Below, piece by piece: positions 20,176 to 30,680 of a DNA stretch of 64,000 nt (its first letter is position 1; each line of letters opens with the position of its first letter). Source of the DNA: an uncultured Clostridia bacterium (GTDB lineage: Bacteria; Bacillota; Clostridia; Christensenellales; UBA1242); the NCBI GenBank assembly GCA_934777435.1, contig CAKVNK010000001.1:247203-311202 (forward strand). Direction: 5' to 3'. The position numbers and the translations under genes are program-made. The notes below the pieces were generated by a model. The model was not told the DNA's origin and made no database searches. It worked only from the letters and a program-made list of their open reading frames with translations.

Positions 20176-20637
20176 TTATTTACCCCTTTTCATCAATGCC
20201 ATAATAACACTGGCCATAATATTACCACGCAAGGTGTTATCAATATTGATCGGATTGTTAAGGGCTTTTGTGCTTGTGGCTGCTTTAATCAATTCAGCTT
20301 CACGTGAAGTTATGATTTGCTTATCAGTTAAATTTGCAACAATTTGGTTGGCTTGTATTGCAGTCACTGGTTGAGAACACATTGCCAAAGTGTTGTTCAA
20401 AAAGTTGTCAGCATTATCTTGCACACGTGTAACCTTAATGTATCCACTGCCACCACGTTGGCTTTCAACCACAAAACCGCGGTTTACAGTAAACCTTGTG
20501 TTAAGCACATAATTGATTTGGCTAGGCACGCAAGAAAAGAACTTTGCCAAGTCGTTACGTGATAACTCAATAAAATTATCATCGTCAAGGCTGGACATAA
20601 TAAATTCTTCAATCACATCACTTACACTTTTGTTCAC
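20176..20637 (-). CDS. ctsR: Class III stress-gene repressor CtsR
   Basis: SDVIEEFI..FSCVPSQINYVLNTRFTVNRGFVVESQRGGSGYIKV matches CtsR. GTG start with an AGGAGGG RBS. Confidence 0.92.
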   Translation of the reverse strand: MNKSVSDVIEEFIMSSLDDDNFIELSRNDLAKFFSCVPSQINYVLNTRFTVNRGFVVESQRGGSGYIKVTRVQDNADNFLNNTLAMCSQPVTAIQANQIVANLTDKQIITSREAELIKAATSTKALNNPINIDNTLRGNIMASVIMALMKRGK

Positions 20638-20743
20638 CTTACCCTCCTTTGATAAATCTTGTTATATTTGATTTTTTGTAAAAGTTATAAAAGCCTGACA
20701 TTGTTTGTTTTGGCTTGTTGATTTAAGAACGTCAAATTGATTG

Positions 20744-20760
20744 TTTGACTTTCTTTGACC
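20744..20760 (-). promoter_or_regulatory. CtsR operator (direct heptad repeat)
   Basis: The minus strand reads GGTCAAA-GAA-AGTCAAA, matching the (A/G)GTCAAA-NAN-(A/G)GTCAAA consensus. It lies just downstream of the -10. A further inverted TTTGAC half-site is at 20731-20736. Confidence 0.85.
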
Positions 20761-20771
20761 TTTACGCTTTT

Positions 20772-20800
20772 ATCATATCACTATTATATCCGTTTGTCAA
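20772..20800 (-). promoter_or_regulatory. ctsR operon promoter TTGACA-17-TATGAT
   Basis: Minus strand: TTGACA (20800-20795), a 17-nt spacer, TATGAT (20777-20772). Confidence 0.75.
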
Positions 20801-20820
20801 CAAAAATTGCAAACTTTTTT

Positions 20821-20854
20821 AAAAAAATTAGCAGATTTTTTGTTTGTCTGCTAA
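20821..20854 (-). terminator. uvrC terminator
   Basis: TTAGCAGA-11nt-TCTGCTAA (8 bp), with a U-run on the minus strand (A-run at 20821-20827). Confidence 0.75.
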
Positions 20855-20860
20855 TTTTTG

Positions 20861-22678
20861 CTATTTTTTTGTGTTTTTATTGAAATGTTGATAAATAAGT
20901 TTTGCGGTTGGCTTGGTTACACCTTGGGTTTGTTCAAGTTGTTCAAGTGTGGCATTTTTGATGTTTTCTATTGTTTTAAACTGACGCAAAAGTGCACGTC
21001 TTGTGGCTGGACCTACACCTGAAATGCTTTCAAGCCCACCACGGAACGCACCTTTACCACGAAGTTGACGGTTAAATGTGATTGCAAAACGGTGTGCCTC
21101 ATCACGTGCAAGTTGCAACAAACGCAAAGAATAACTGCCTTTTTGAAGAATAAATGGGCGTGATATGTTTGGCTTAAACACTTCTTCCTCACGTTTTGCA
21201 AGGCTGACAAGTTCATTTGGATAATTATAGTTTGTAAGCACTTCATATGCCGAGCTTAATTGCCCTTTACCGCCATCAATAACAATCAAATCTGGCATTG
21301 AACTGAAACTTATATCATCATCAGTTAAGTTTTGCATACGGCGGGTTAAAACCTCCTTCATTGAAGCAAAGTCATCTATAAAATCAACCGTTTCAATCTT
21401 AAATTTGCGATACATTTGTGGGGCTTTTTCACCGTTTATCACCACAACCATACTTGCAACTGTGTAAGTGCCATAGGTGTGTGAAATATCATAGCACTCT
21501 ATGCGTTTTGGTGCACGGCTCAAATTTAAGTCCTTTTGCAGTTGATTAACCGCACCTATGCTTGCGTTGTTGTGTTTTACTGCACGTTCCAAATTTTTTT
21601 CCATATGAATTTGGGCATTTTTAAGGGCAATATCAAGCAATTTATATTTCACGCTATCAATTTTTGGCTTTGTTATAGTTATCTTTTTACCCGCTTTATT
21701 GTTTAAAAATAATTCAATTTCTGCAGTGTCAATTTCTGGCATAATAATTTCGTCCACATTGATTGGGTGTGTGGAATAATACTGCATTATAAATTGAGTG
21801 TAGGCTTCTGCTTCATCCAAAAACGAAAGTATATCAAAAGTTTGTATACCCTGCAATTTACCGCCACGTACAGCAAGCACACACATCGCAGAAAAGTCGC
21901 CAGATGTGGCAAGTTTAAACACATCATAATCAACCAAACTGCCAAGGCTGGTAATTACTTTTGCTTTCATTTTTTCAAGCATTTTAAGCCTATCACGTAT
22001 CTGTAAAGCCACCTCATAGTTCTCGTTTGCACTGGCTGTTGACATCTTTTCAGTAAGCTCTTTTTCAACTTGCTTGGTGTCCCCTTTTAAAAACTCTATG
22101 GCTTGGTCAACAATTTTGCGATAATCTGCCTTTGAAACAATTTTGGCACAAGGGGCGGAACACAAATGCATTTCATAAAACAAACAAGGTTTTAATGGTT
22201 TGCCGTGTTCTGTTAATGGCAATTTGCATTTGCGTAACGGAAAGGCATAATCCATAATTCCTAACACATCACGTGCCGTAACACCTGCCAAATATGGACC
22301 AAAATATTTATCGTTTTTATTAAGTTTGCGACTCACAGAAAAGCGTGGGTAATCTTCTTTTAAATTCACCTTAATATAGGCGTATGTTTTGCTATCTTTA
22401 AGCAAAATGTTATAGTAAGGTTTGTGCTTTTTGATAAGGTTGTTTTCAAGGGCTAAGGCTTCCATTTCGTCATTTACAACAAAAAAGTCAAAATCACGCA
22501 CTTTTGCAACCATATTGCGAACCTTGATATGCTCTTGCTTGCGTAAAAAATACTGGCTGACACGTTTTTTAAGGTTTTTAGCCTTACCAACATAGATAAC
22601 GTTTTCGTCAGCATCTTTCATTATATAAACGCCCGGGCTGTTTGGTAGACGTTTAACTTTATCAAGCACTATGTCCAT
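20861..22678 (-). CDS. uvrC: Excinuclease ABC subunit C
   Basis: 605 aa with GIY-YIG (GVYIMKDADENVIYVGKAKNLKKRV), a UVR domain, an endonuclease V-like domain and a C-terminal HhH. Confidence 0.95.
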   Translation of the reverse strand: MDIVLDKVKRLPNSPGVYIMKDADENVIYVGKAKNLKKRVSQYFLRKQEHIKVRNMVAKVRDFDFFVVNDEMEALALENNLIKKHKPYYNILLKDSKTYAYIKVNLKEDYPRFSVSRKLNKNDKYFGPYLAGVTARDVLGIMDYAFPLRKCKLPLTEHGKPLKPCLFYEMHLCSAPCAKIVSKADYRKIVDQAIEFLKGDTKQVEKELTEKMSTASANENYEVALQIRDRLKMLEKMKAKVITSLGSLVDYDVFKLATSGDFSAMCVLAVRGGKLQGIQTFDILSFLDEAEAYTQFIMQYYSTHPINVDEIIMPEIDTAEIELFLNNKAGKKITITKPKIDSVKYKLLDIALKNAQIHMEKNLERAVKHNNASIGAVNQLQKDLNLSRAPKRIECYDISHTYGTYTVASMVVVINGEKAPQMYRKFKIETVDFIDDFASMKEVLTRRMQNLTDDDISFSSMPDLIVIDGGKGQLSSAYEVLTNYNYPNELVSLAKREEEVFKPNISRPFILQKGSYSLRLLQLARDEAHRFAITFNRQLRGKGAFRGGLESISGVGPATRRALLRQFKTIENIKNATLEQLEQTQGVTKPTAKLIYQHFNKNTKK

Positions 22679-22747
22679 ATAATTTTATTATACCACAATT
22701 ATTGCGGTTTTTAAAATATTTTGATTTGAATTTTCATAGATTGTTTT

Positions 22748-23689
22748 ATGAAAAAGTGGAATATTAATAAGCAAAAATTAAAAGCAACACAAAAAATTGC
22801 ACTTAAATTTTTTTTGGCAGTGTGTATCTGTGTTGTATGCGTTTATGTTTTTGCATTTGGTTTTAAAAAGGCCAAGCAGTTTGTGCTATACAGCAAAACT
22901 ACCGCCAACACTGTTGTTTATAATGTTTGGCATATTGAAACATTTGAAGGTGGCAGTGCCCCACGCATAAATTATCTTAAAAAAATTGCACGTGAAATTG
23001 AAAAACAAAACCCAGCCGTGCTGTTTCATATTCAACAAATTGACGCTACAAAATTGGCGGATAATTTAGAGGCTGGTTTGCCTGACATTATTTCTTTCGG
23101 CAGTGGTGTGGGCAAACTTGTGCTTGATAAACTTGAAACTTTTGAATCTGATTTTGGTGTTAGAAAAAGTTTGCTTGATTCAGGCAAATTTAACGGCAAA
23201 ATTTACGCTTTGGCATATATCGTAAGTGGATATGCTATGTTTTCTCACGGTGAAAAGGAAGAAAGCATTGAATACGGCACAACAGGGTTTGTTAACCCAC
23301 AAAAAGCAATAGATAATGCCAGATTGCCAGTTAAAAACTTTGGCACACCTTTTGAAACATACAAAAACTTTGTTTATCATCATAATCACGCCTTGCTTGG
23401 CAGTGCACGTGATGTGTTTAGAATTGACAACTTAAATAAAATTGGACGAACCAACGCCAGCATTACCCCAGTTGATAGTTTTACTGACCTTGTGCAATAT
23501 ATAGGACGCACAAAGACGGATAAAATCATAGACCTTTTTTGTAACAAAATGTTAAGCCAAACTGAACAGAACAAACTGGCATATTATCACCTATTTTCTG
23601 CCCTTAACACAAAACTTTATACTGACGGAATATATAGTGATATGGAAAATGCAATTTTTAACTGCAAAATCCAAAATGTGTTTAATTAA
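22748..23689 (+). CDS. Membrane-anchored extracytoplasmic protein, weakly resembling a solute-binding protein
   Basis: N-terminal TM helix (FFLAVCICVVCVYVFAFGF) followed by a soluble domain. The stop overlaps the murB start (TAATG). Confidence 0.6.
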   Translation: MKKWNINKQKLKATQKIALKFFLAVCICVVCVYVFAFGFKKAKQFVLYSKTTANTVVYNVWHIETFEGGSAPRINYLKKIAREIEKQNPAVLFHIQQIDATKLADNLEAGLPDIISFGSGVGKLVLDKLETFESDFGVRKSLLDSGKFNGKIYALAYIVSGYAMFSHGEKEESIEYGTTGFVNPQKAIDNARLPVKNFGTPFETYKNFVYHHNHALLGSARDVFRIDNLNKIGRTNASITPVDSFTDLVQYIGRTKTDKIIDLFCNKMLSQTEQNKLAYYHLFSALNTKLYTDGIYSDMENAIFNCKIQNVFN

Positions 23690-24615
23690 TGGGCAAAAAA
23701 CTTGAAAAGTATTTAGGCAAAAGTTTAAAAGAATTTTGCACTTTTAAAATTGGTGGAAATGCAAAATGGCTTTTTGTTACCCACTCCATACGTCAATTAA
23801 AACAAAGTGTGGCTTGGTGCATACAAAATAACACCAAATTTAAGGTTATTGGGCTTGGGGCTAATCTGCTGTTTGATGACGCAGGTTTTGATGGTGCAAT
23901 TATAGTTAACAAAGCAAAATCAACTTATATTTTTAATAAAAAACTTTTAGTTTCAACCGGCACAACCATTGCAGAATTGATTAACACAACAAAGCAAAAA
24001 GGTTTAACTGGCTTAGAATATTTTGCAGGCATACCTTCCACTCTTGGTGGTGCATTAACAAACAATTTAGGGGCTTGGGGGCAAGATATTGGTGGTTTAG
24101 TTTTGTGGGTTAAAGGTTTTTATGTTAATCAAAATAACACTTTTGAACAAGCACAATCTAACACAACAAAGGCACAAAAAATTAAATTTAAAATGGTTAA
24201 ATTAAACCAAAATAAGTGCAAATTTGAATATCGCAACTCTATATTTAAAGCAAACCCAAACTTTATAATCACCCAAGCCAAACTAAAATTAAATCGTAAA
24301 AACAAAGCAGAAATACAAAATAAAATCACTGAAACATTAAATAAAAAATCCGCCACCCAACCAGTTGATAAACCGAGTGCTGGCAGTGTTTTTAAACGCA
24401 CACACATTATCCCAGCCAAATTGATTGATGAGTGTGGGCTTAAAGGCAAAACAGTTGGCGATGCACAAGTATCCACTAAACACGCTGGTTTTATTGTAAA
24501 CCTTGGTGAATCTTCCAGTGCAGACGTAAAAACCCTAATTAAGCAGATTGAAAATGAAATATATATGAAATATTCAGTCGTGCTTGAAAAAGAAATAGAA
24601 TTTGTGGAAAAGTAA
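23689..24615 (+). CDS. murB: UDP-N-acetylenolpyruvoylglucosamine reductase
   Basis: FAD-binding FKIGGNAKWLF..GLGANLLFDDAGFDG and a C-terminal SAGSVFKR motif. Confidence 0.92.
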   Translation: MGKKLEKYLGKSLKEFCTFKIGGNAKWLFVTHSIRQLKQSVAWCIQNNTKFKVIGLGANLLFDDAGFDGAIIVNKAKSTYIFNKKLLVSTGTTIAELINTTKQKGLTGLEYFAGIPSTLGGALTNNLGAWGQDIGGLVLWVKGFYVNQNNTFEQAQSNTTKAQKIKFKMVKLNQNKCKFEYRNSIFKANPNFIITQAKLKLNRKNKAEIQNKITETLNKKSATQPVDKPSAGSVFKRTHIIPAKLIDECGLKGKTVGDAQVSTKHAGFIVNLGESSSADVKTLIKQIENEIYMKYSVVLEKEIEFVEK

Positions 24616-24970
24616 AAAACTTATATACTCTACTCTTTTTTCGGCAATTTAATAACTTTTTATTCGGTGATATAACCATTGTTGAAAGGCAAATATTTTC
24701 TAACAAAAACAAGTTTTGTTGTGATTAACAATAAACAGACTTACTTACTCTTATAAATATAGTTTGTTGTTAACTTAATAAAAATGTTGTTTTTTTTTGC
24801 CTTGAGTGTTATAATAAGTTGCAGATTAAATTAACTTAATTTTTATTATAGTTTAACAACGTGATTATTTTATTTTTAACTTTGTTAAATGGCATTAATA
24901 AACTTATCAATATAAAAGTTATTTAGTGAGTTTTAACCTAAACGGTTAGAATTGTTTAAAAGGAGAATTT

Positions 24971-25747
24971 ATGTCTATTTTAGCAGACTATCACACTCAC
25001 ACCAAATATTCACGCAATGGCCACGGTAAATCAACTGTGGAAGAAAATGTGCGTGTTGCATATGAAAAAGGTTTAAGGCAAATTGCCATAACCGACCACG
25101 GCTTTAATCAAAAGACCTATGGCGTAAGACGTAAAGATATACCACAAGTTAGGGCTGACATTGAAGACGCCAAAGAACGTTACCCTATTGACGTTTTGCT
25201 TGGCGTTGAAGCAAATTTGTTGGACAGCCAAGGTCATATTGATATCATTGATAGCGATTATGATGATTTAGATATTATCTTGTGTGGTTTTCATAAACTT
25301 GTTAAATCAACCAGTTCACGTGAACAATGGAAATTTATTATTAAAAACATTATGTGCACATTGTTCCACCACACCAGCCGCCGTCAAATAGAGAAAAACA
25401 CAAATGCTTATATCAACGCTATGCGTAAATATGATATTGACATTATCACCCACTTAAACCACGATTGCAAAGTTGATGTTGAAAAAGTTGCACGTGTTGC
25501 AAAAGAAACAAACACTTTAATTGAACTTAATGGCAAACGTTTGGGTATGTCTGATGAAGAAATTTTAACTTGTTACAATCTTGGTTGCAAGTTTGTGCTT
25601 GGCAGTGACGCTCACCATTGCAAACGTGTTGGTGATTGCCATTTAGGTTTACAGGCTGCTTTAAGATTAAGATTGCCTGATAGTTGCATTGTGAATATCA
25701 ACGACTTGCCAAAATTAAAAAAAGAAAAACGTAAGAAAAGGAGTTAA
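24971..25747 (+). CDS. PHP-domain metal-dependent phosphoesterase
   Basis: DYHTHTKYS..ITDHG..GSDAHH histidine motifs of the PHP family. AAGGAGA RBS. Confidence 0.85.
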   Translation: MSILADYHTHTKYSRNGHGKSTVEENVRVAYEKGLRQIAITDHGFNQKTYGVRRKDIPQVRADIEDAKERYPIDVLLGVEANLLDSQGHIDIIDSDYDDLDIILCGFHKLVKSTSSREQWKFIIKNIMCTLFHHTSRRQIEKNTNAYINAMRKYDIDIITHLNHDCKVDVEKVARVAKETNTLIELNGKRLGMSDEEILTCYNLGCKFVLGSDAHHCKRVGDCHLGLQAALRLRLPDSCIVNINDLPKLKKEKRKKRS

Positions 25748-25749
25748 TC

Positions 25750-26628
25750 ATGAAAGGTTGCAAACAGCAAATTCTAGCATCTATTCCATCAAACAACTGT
25801 TGCAGCCACGCTTTTCTTTCTGTTGTGATTGACCTTTGTGGTTTTGTTGATGTGCAAAATTCAAGACTGCTGATAAACGCCAGCAATGAAGTGTGTGAAA
25901 AAACAACAAAAATTGTTGCAAACTTTTATCCAAATGTGATTATCAACACTTGGAAGGAGTTTTTAATGCTCACTGGTGATATTCGCAGCATTTTGGTTGA
26001 TTGCAACCTTGATTCTGCCCCAAACTATGCTTTGTTTGACAGCGATTGTGACCAACTTACCCTGCTTAAAACATTGTTTGTTATCTGTGGCAATTTTTAT
26101 TGTGAATTGAACAGCAATCAAAACAGTAAGGGATATAATTTAGAGTTCTTTATGCGTCCTGAAAGGCAAGATTTATTAAAAACCTTGCTTACAAAATTTG
26201 GTTTTGATTTTAAATCAAAGCCAAGGCAAAACGGCATTGTATTTTACAACAAACATAGTGAAGTTGTGTGTGATTTTCTTGTTTTGTTGGGTGCACAATA
26301 CACCGCCCTTGAAGTTCAAAACAGCCTTGCTATGCGTGAAATGCGTAACAGTGCAAACCGTCAGAACAACTGTTTTGAATCAAACCTTGATAAAACACTC
26401 ACAGCCAGTGCCGAGCAAATGAAAGCAATAACCTATTTTATTGAAACCGACAATCTTGATTTGCTTGACGAAAACCTTAAAGAAGTTGCCTTATTAAGAT
26501 ATGCTAACCCTTATCTTCCACTCAGCGAACTTGCACCAATGCTTGGCAAAAATTTAAGCCGTGCTGGTGTTAAATACCGCTTGGATAAAATAATTGATAT
26601 TTACAACAAACATAAAGGAGAAAATTGA
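25750..26628 (+). CDS. whiA: DNA-binding protein WhiA
   Basis: Degenerate LAGLIDADG-type core followed by a C-terminal HTH (LSELAPMLGKNLSRAGVKYRLDKI). Confidence 0.88.
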   Translation: MKGCKQQILASIPSNNCCSHAFLSVVIDLCGFVDVQNSRLLINASNEVCEKTTKIVANFYPNVIINTWKEFLMLTGDIRSILVDCNLDSAPNYALFDSDCDQLTLLKTLFVICGNFYCELNSNQNSKGYNLEFFMRPERQDLLKTLLTKFGFDFKSKPRQNGIVFYNKHSEVVCDFLVLLGAQYTALEVQNSLAMREMRNSANRQNNCFESNLDKTLTASAEQMKAITYFIETDNLDLLDENLKEVALLRYANPYLPLSELAPMLGKNLSRAGVKYRLDKIIDIYNKHKGEN

Positions 26629-29600
26629 TGAAGCCATTTGTTCACTTGCATTTACACACTGAATTTTCACTGTTGGACGGTGCTGCACGCATTAAAAAAG
26701 TTGTTAAACTTGCCAAAGAATATGGTATGCCTGCCATTGCAATCACTGACCACGGCAATATGTATGGCGTTATCACTTTCTACGATGCCTGCAAAGACGC
26801 TGGAATAAAACCTATCATTGGTTGTGAATTTTATGTTGCGGAAGATTTAAACGTTAAAACTGGCAAACAAAAAAATTCTCACCTTATTATTCTTGCCAAA
26901 AATCAACAAGGCTACAAAAATTTAAGTATGCTTAACACCATTGCTTTCCGTGATGGTTTTTATTACAAACCACGTATTGACTACAAAACCCTTGAAAAAT
27001 ATAGCGAAGGTTTGGTTTGTCTTTCAGCCTGCCTTGCTGGTGATATTCCAAAACTTATTTTGCAAGAACAGTTTGAAAAAGCCGAACAATTAATAATGTG
27101 GTTTAAAAATCTTTTTAAAGACGATTTTTATTTGGAAATTCAACACAATGGCTTACCTGAACAAGAGATTGTTAACGCCAAATTGCGTGAATACAGCAAA
27201 AAATTTGGTATAAAACTTGTTGCAACAAATGACGTGCACTATCTTTTTAAAGAAGATGCTGAAATGCAAGACGTTTTGATGTGCGTTGCTATGCAAAAGT
27301 TTGTGGACGATCCAGATAGGCTTAAATTCCCTACTGACGAACTTTATTTTAAAACTTACGACCAAATGCTTGAAGGTTTGCCACAAGATGAAGAAGCCTT
27401 GGACACCACTGTTGAAATTGCTGAAAAATGCAATGTTGAGTTTGAGTTTGGTAAATACTTATTCCCTCACTATACCCCAGAAGGTGGCTATAACGAGAAA
27501 GTTGGCAACACTCCAAAAGAATATATAATGAACCTTATTGATAAAGGTATCAAACAAAAATATGGCGAATACACCGATGTGATACGTGACCGTATTGCAA
27601 CCGAAATGGGCGTTATTGAAAAACAAGGCTTTATTGAATACTTCCTTATCGTGTGGGATTATATTAATGCTGCACGCAATATGGGCATTTCTGTTGGTCC
27701 AGGGCGTGGCTCTGGTGCGGGCAGTTTGGTTGCTTACGCTATCGGTATCACTGATATTGACCCACTTAAGTTTGACCTATTCTTTGAGCGTTTCTTGAAC
27801 AGTGAACGTGTTACCGCACCCGACTTTGATATTGACTTCCAAGATAACCGCCGTGATGAAGTTATTGCATATGTTCGCCGTAAATATGGTGATGACCACA
27901 TCGCACGCATTGTAACTTTTGGCACAATGAAAGCAAAAAATGCCATTAAAGACGTTGGCCGTGTTTTGCGTGTACCTTACAATATTTGCGATAAAATAAC
28001 CAAAAATATACCTATGTATAAAAGTCCAATTTTACCAAAGGCATTCGGTTTTCATATTCCAAAAGAGGGCGATAAAGATTTTGGCACTGTTTACGCTGTG
28101 CCTGAACTTATTGAAATGTATAACACCGACCCACAAGTTAAAAAAGTGGTTGATATTGCAATGAAAGTGGAAGATTTCCCACGCCAAAGCAGTATGCACG
28201 CATGTGGTGTTATTATCGGTGCTGACGTGCTTGACAGACACGTTCCTTTGGCACGTAACCAAGAAGAAATAACCACACAATATCAAGGTGCGGACATGGA
28301 ACGCTTGGGGCACCTTAAAATGGACTTTTTAGGCTTGCGTAACTTAACCGATATCGTGGAAACTTTAAAATTAATTGAAAAGAACCACGGCGTTAAAATC
28401 GACTTCAAAAAGTCTAATTATGACGACCCTAATGTGTTTAAACTTATCTCTACAGGTAATACAGAAGGCATATTCCAAATTGAATCTGCCGGATTCCAAA
28501 AATTTATGAAGGAGTTGCAACCAACCTGTATAGAAGATATTGTGGCAGCAGTGTCACTTTACCGCCCTGGTCCTATGGATAGTATCCCTCAATATGTGCA
28601 TAACAAACACCACCCCGAAGATACAAAATATGAGCACCCTATTCTTGCCCCTATTTTGAACGTTACTTATGGCTGTATTGTTTACCAAGAACAAGTTATG
28701 AAAATCTGTCAAGAAATGGGCGGATTCACCCTTGGTCAAGCAGACGCAATTCGTAAAGCAATGGGTAAAAAGAAACTTGACCAAATGTTAAAATGGAAGG
28801 AAGCCTTCTTGCACGGTCGTGAAGCCATGACTGACGACCACGGCAAGTATAGTGCTGCCATTGACGGTGCGGTTAAACGTGGTGTGCCAGAAGAAGTTGC
28901 ATTAAGCATTTGGAATAAAATGGAAACATTTGCATCATATGCGTTTAATAAATCTCACGCTGCGGCTTATTCCCTTATCACCTATCAAACAGCGTATTTA
29001 AAAACTTATTATTTGCCTGAGTTTATCACAGCCACACTTAACAACCGCATAACAAATATTGATAAACTTAAATATTATATTGCCTATGCAAAGCGTGAAA
29101 AAATCCAAGTTTTGCCACCAGATATTAACCTTAGTGAAACATATTTCAGCACAAATGGCAAAACAATTCGATTTGGTCTTGCTGCCCTTAAAAATGTTGG
29201 CATCGGTGTTATTGATGAAATTATTGCAGAAAGAACTGAAAATGGACCATACAAAGATTTGGCAGACTTCATCTGGCGTAGCAATTCACAAGCACTTAAC
29301 AAACGTTGTATTGAATCACTTATCAAAACTGGTGCGTTTGATTGCTTTGGCAGACCAAGAAGCCAATTAATGGCAGTTTATAGCATTATGGTTGACCGTG
29401 CCATTGAACGTAAAAAGAAATCAATGAACGGTCAAATGGACTTGTTTGGTGATATCATTGAAGATACAAATTTGATTGAAGAAAATGAATATCCAAAAAT
29501 CAACGAGTATGTTAACACCGTTAAGTTGCAGTATGAACGTGAAATATCTGGCACTTACCTTTCAGGCCACCCACTTGACGGCTTTATGGATACAATCAAA

Positions 29601-30257
29601 ACCTTCACCTTTGATTCAAGCATGATACCAAGTGAATCACTTGAAGACGAAAACGATATGCAAACAAATGTTGAATCAGTTGAAGATTTCACCCCAGAAG
29701 AAGAACTTTATGGCGGACTTAAAAACGGCGATATTGTAACTTGTGGCGGTGTTATAACGGAAATTAAAACCATACAAACCAAAACTGGCAGCAAAATGGC
29801 ATTCTTAACCATTGAAGATTTAACTGGCAGTTTTGATGCAATCTTGTTCAACAAATCTTACGATAAGTTTAAAGACGATATTCAAAAAGATAGTTTGGTT
29901 GCAATCAAAGGCCGTTTCTCTGTGCGTGACGGCAAACGCCCTTCAATCACAGTTGACAACATTGAACCTTTAACTGAAACAACAGACGAGAAACAAGAAA
30001 CCACCCCAACCGAACAAGAAACCGAAGTGGAAATTATAAAGCCTAAAAAATTGTGTTTGCGCTATAATATTAATGATGGCGTTTTGCACCAAGCCGTTAA
30101 AAATATTTTAAAAAGTTATGCTGGCATTGATTCAGTGTTTATTAAAGATACTGGGTCAAATCAAGCCTTCAAACTTAAAGAAGGTGTTATGGTGCGTGAA
30201 AGTTTAATATTTGAACTTGAAACCATTTTGAACAAAGATGATATAGTTGTTATTTAA
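26625..30257 (+). CDS. dnaE: DNA polymerase III alpha subunit (DnaE type)
   Basis: 1210 aa. PHP N-terminus FVHLHLHTEFSLLDGA, palm/fingers motifs, and an OB fold. The start overlaps the whiA stop (ATGA). Confidence 0.95.
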   Translation: MMKPFVHLHLHTEFSLLDGAARIKKVVKLAKEYGMPAIAITDHGNMYGVITFYDACKDAGIKPIIGCEFYVAEDLNVKTGKQKNSHLIILAKNQQGYKNLSMLNTIAFRDGFYYKPRIDYKTLEKYSEGLVCLSACLAGDIPKLILQEQFEKAEQLIMWFKNLFKDDFYLEIQHNGLPEQEIVNAKLREYSKKFGIKLVATNDVHYLFKEDAEMQDVLMCVAMQKFVDDPDRLKFPTDELYFKTYDQMLEGLPQDEEALDTTVEIAEKCNVEFEFGKYLFPHYTPEGGYNEKVGNTPKEYIMNLIDKGIKQKYGEYTDVIRDRIATEMGVIEKQGFIEYFLIVWDYINAARNMGISVGPGRGSGAGSLVAYAIGITDIDPLKFDLFFERFLNSERVTAPDFDIDFQDNRRDEVIAYVRRKYGDDHIARIVTFGTMKAKNAIKDVGRVLRVPYNICDKITKNIPMYKSPILPKAFGFHIPKEGDKDFGTVYAVPELIEMYNTDPQVKKVVDIAMKVEDFPRQSSMHACGVIIGADVLDRHVPLARNQEEITTQYQGADMERLGHLKMDFLGLRNLTDIVETLKLIEKNHGVKIDFKKSNYDDPNVFKLISTGNTEGIFQIESAGFQKFMKELQPTCIEDIVAAVSLYRPGPMDSIPQYVHNKHHPEDTKYEHPILAPILNVTYGCIVYQEQVMKICQEMGGFTLGQADAIRKAMGKKKLDQMLKWKEAFLHGREAMTDDHGKYSAAIDGAVKRGVPEEVALSIWNKMETFASYAFNKSHAAAYSLITYQTAYLKTYYLPEFITATLNNRITNIDKLKYYIAYAKREKIQVLPPDINLSETYFSTNGKTIRFGLAALKNVGIGVIDEIIAERTENGPYKDLADFIWRSNSQALNKRCIESLIKTGAFDCFGRPRSQLMAVYSIMVDRAIERKKKSMNGQMDLFGDIIEDTNLIEENEYPKINEYVNTVKLQYEREISGTYLSGHPLDGFMDTIKTFTFDSSMIPSESLEDENDMQTNVESVEDFTPEEELYGGLKNGDIVTCGGVITEIKTIQTKTGSKMAFLTIEDLTGSFDAILFNKSYDKFKDDIQKDSLVAIKGRFSVRDGKRPSITVDNIEPLTETTDEKQETTPTEQETEVEIIKPKKLCLRYNINDGVLHQAVKNILKSYAGIDSVFIKDTGSNQAFKLKEGVMVRESLIFELETILNKDDIVVI

Positions 30258-30460
30258 CATTATTGTTGCTATTTAATTTATATTATTTAATTTTAATTTA
30301 AAATTTTAGTTTATTCTATATATTCTATATAAAAAAATAATTATATAAATATACTATTCAGTAAATATTAAATATTCAGTAAAATAAAATTGAAAGATAT
30401 AATTATAAGTTAAATTTAAAAAGCATCAAAAATAAATAAAAAAATAATTTAATATATTAA

Positions 30461-30488
30461 AAAACCGCTTAATTATGCGGTTTTTTTT
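30461..30488 (+). terminator. dnaE terminator
   Basis: AAAACCGC-ttaattat-GCGGTTTT followed by a T-run. Confidence 0.7.
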
Positions 30489-30680
30489 GTGTTTTTTACA
30501 ATAAATTGAAGTTTTAACGTATTAAATTTAATTTTTATTATAATTATTTATATTTTTTGTTAAATAAAATAATATTTTCAATAAAAACAACAACATTTAA
30601 ATACGTAAAATAATTTAATTTATATTTATTTAAAATATTTTGTTAATTTATTTATAATTTGTTTTTTAATATTTAAAATT

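Noticed and set aside
24616-24970. The 355-nt intergenic region upstream of the PHP gene, inspected for a riboswitch or sRNA.
   Set aside because: Only short AT-rich hairpins (AACAA/TTGTT, TAACC/GGTTA) and a weak extended -10 (TGtTATAAT) are present. There is no convincing multi-helix structure or conserved-looking core.
30258-30460. Short direct repeats (ATTCAGTAAA twice, TTCTATAT twice) in the AT-rich region after dnaE, considered as iterons or a mini CRISPR.
   Set aside because: There are only two copies of about 10-12 nt each, with irregular spacing, in very low-complexity DNA. This is compatible with chance.
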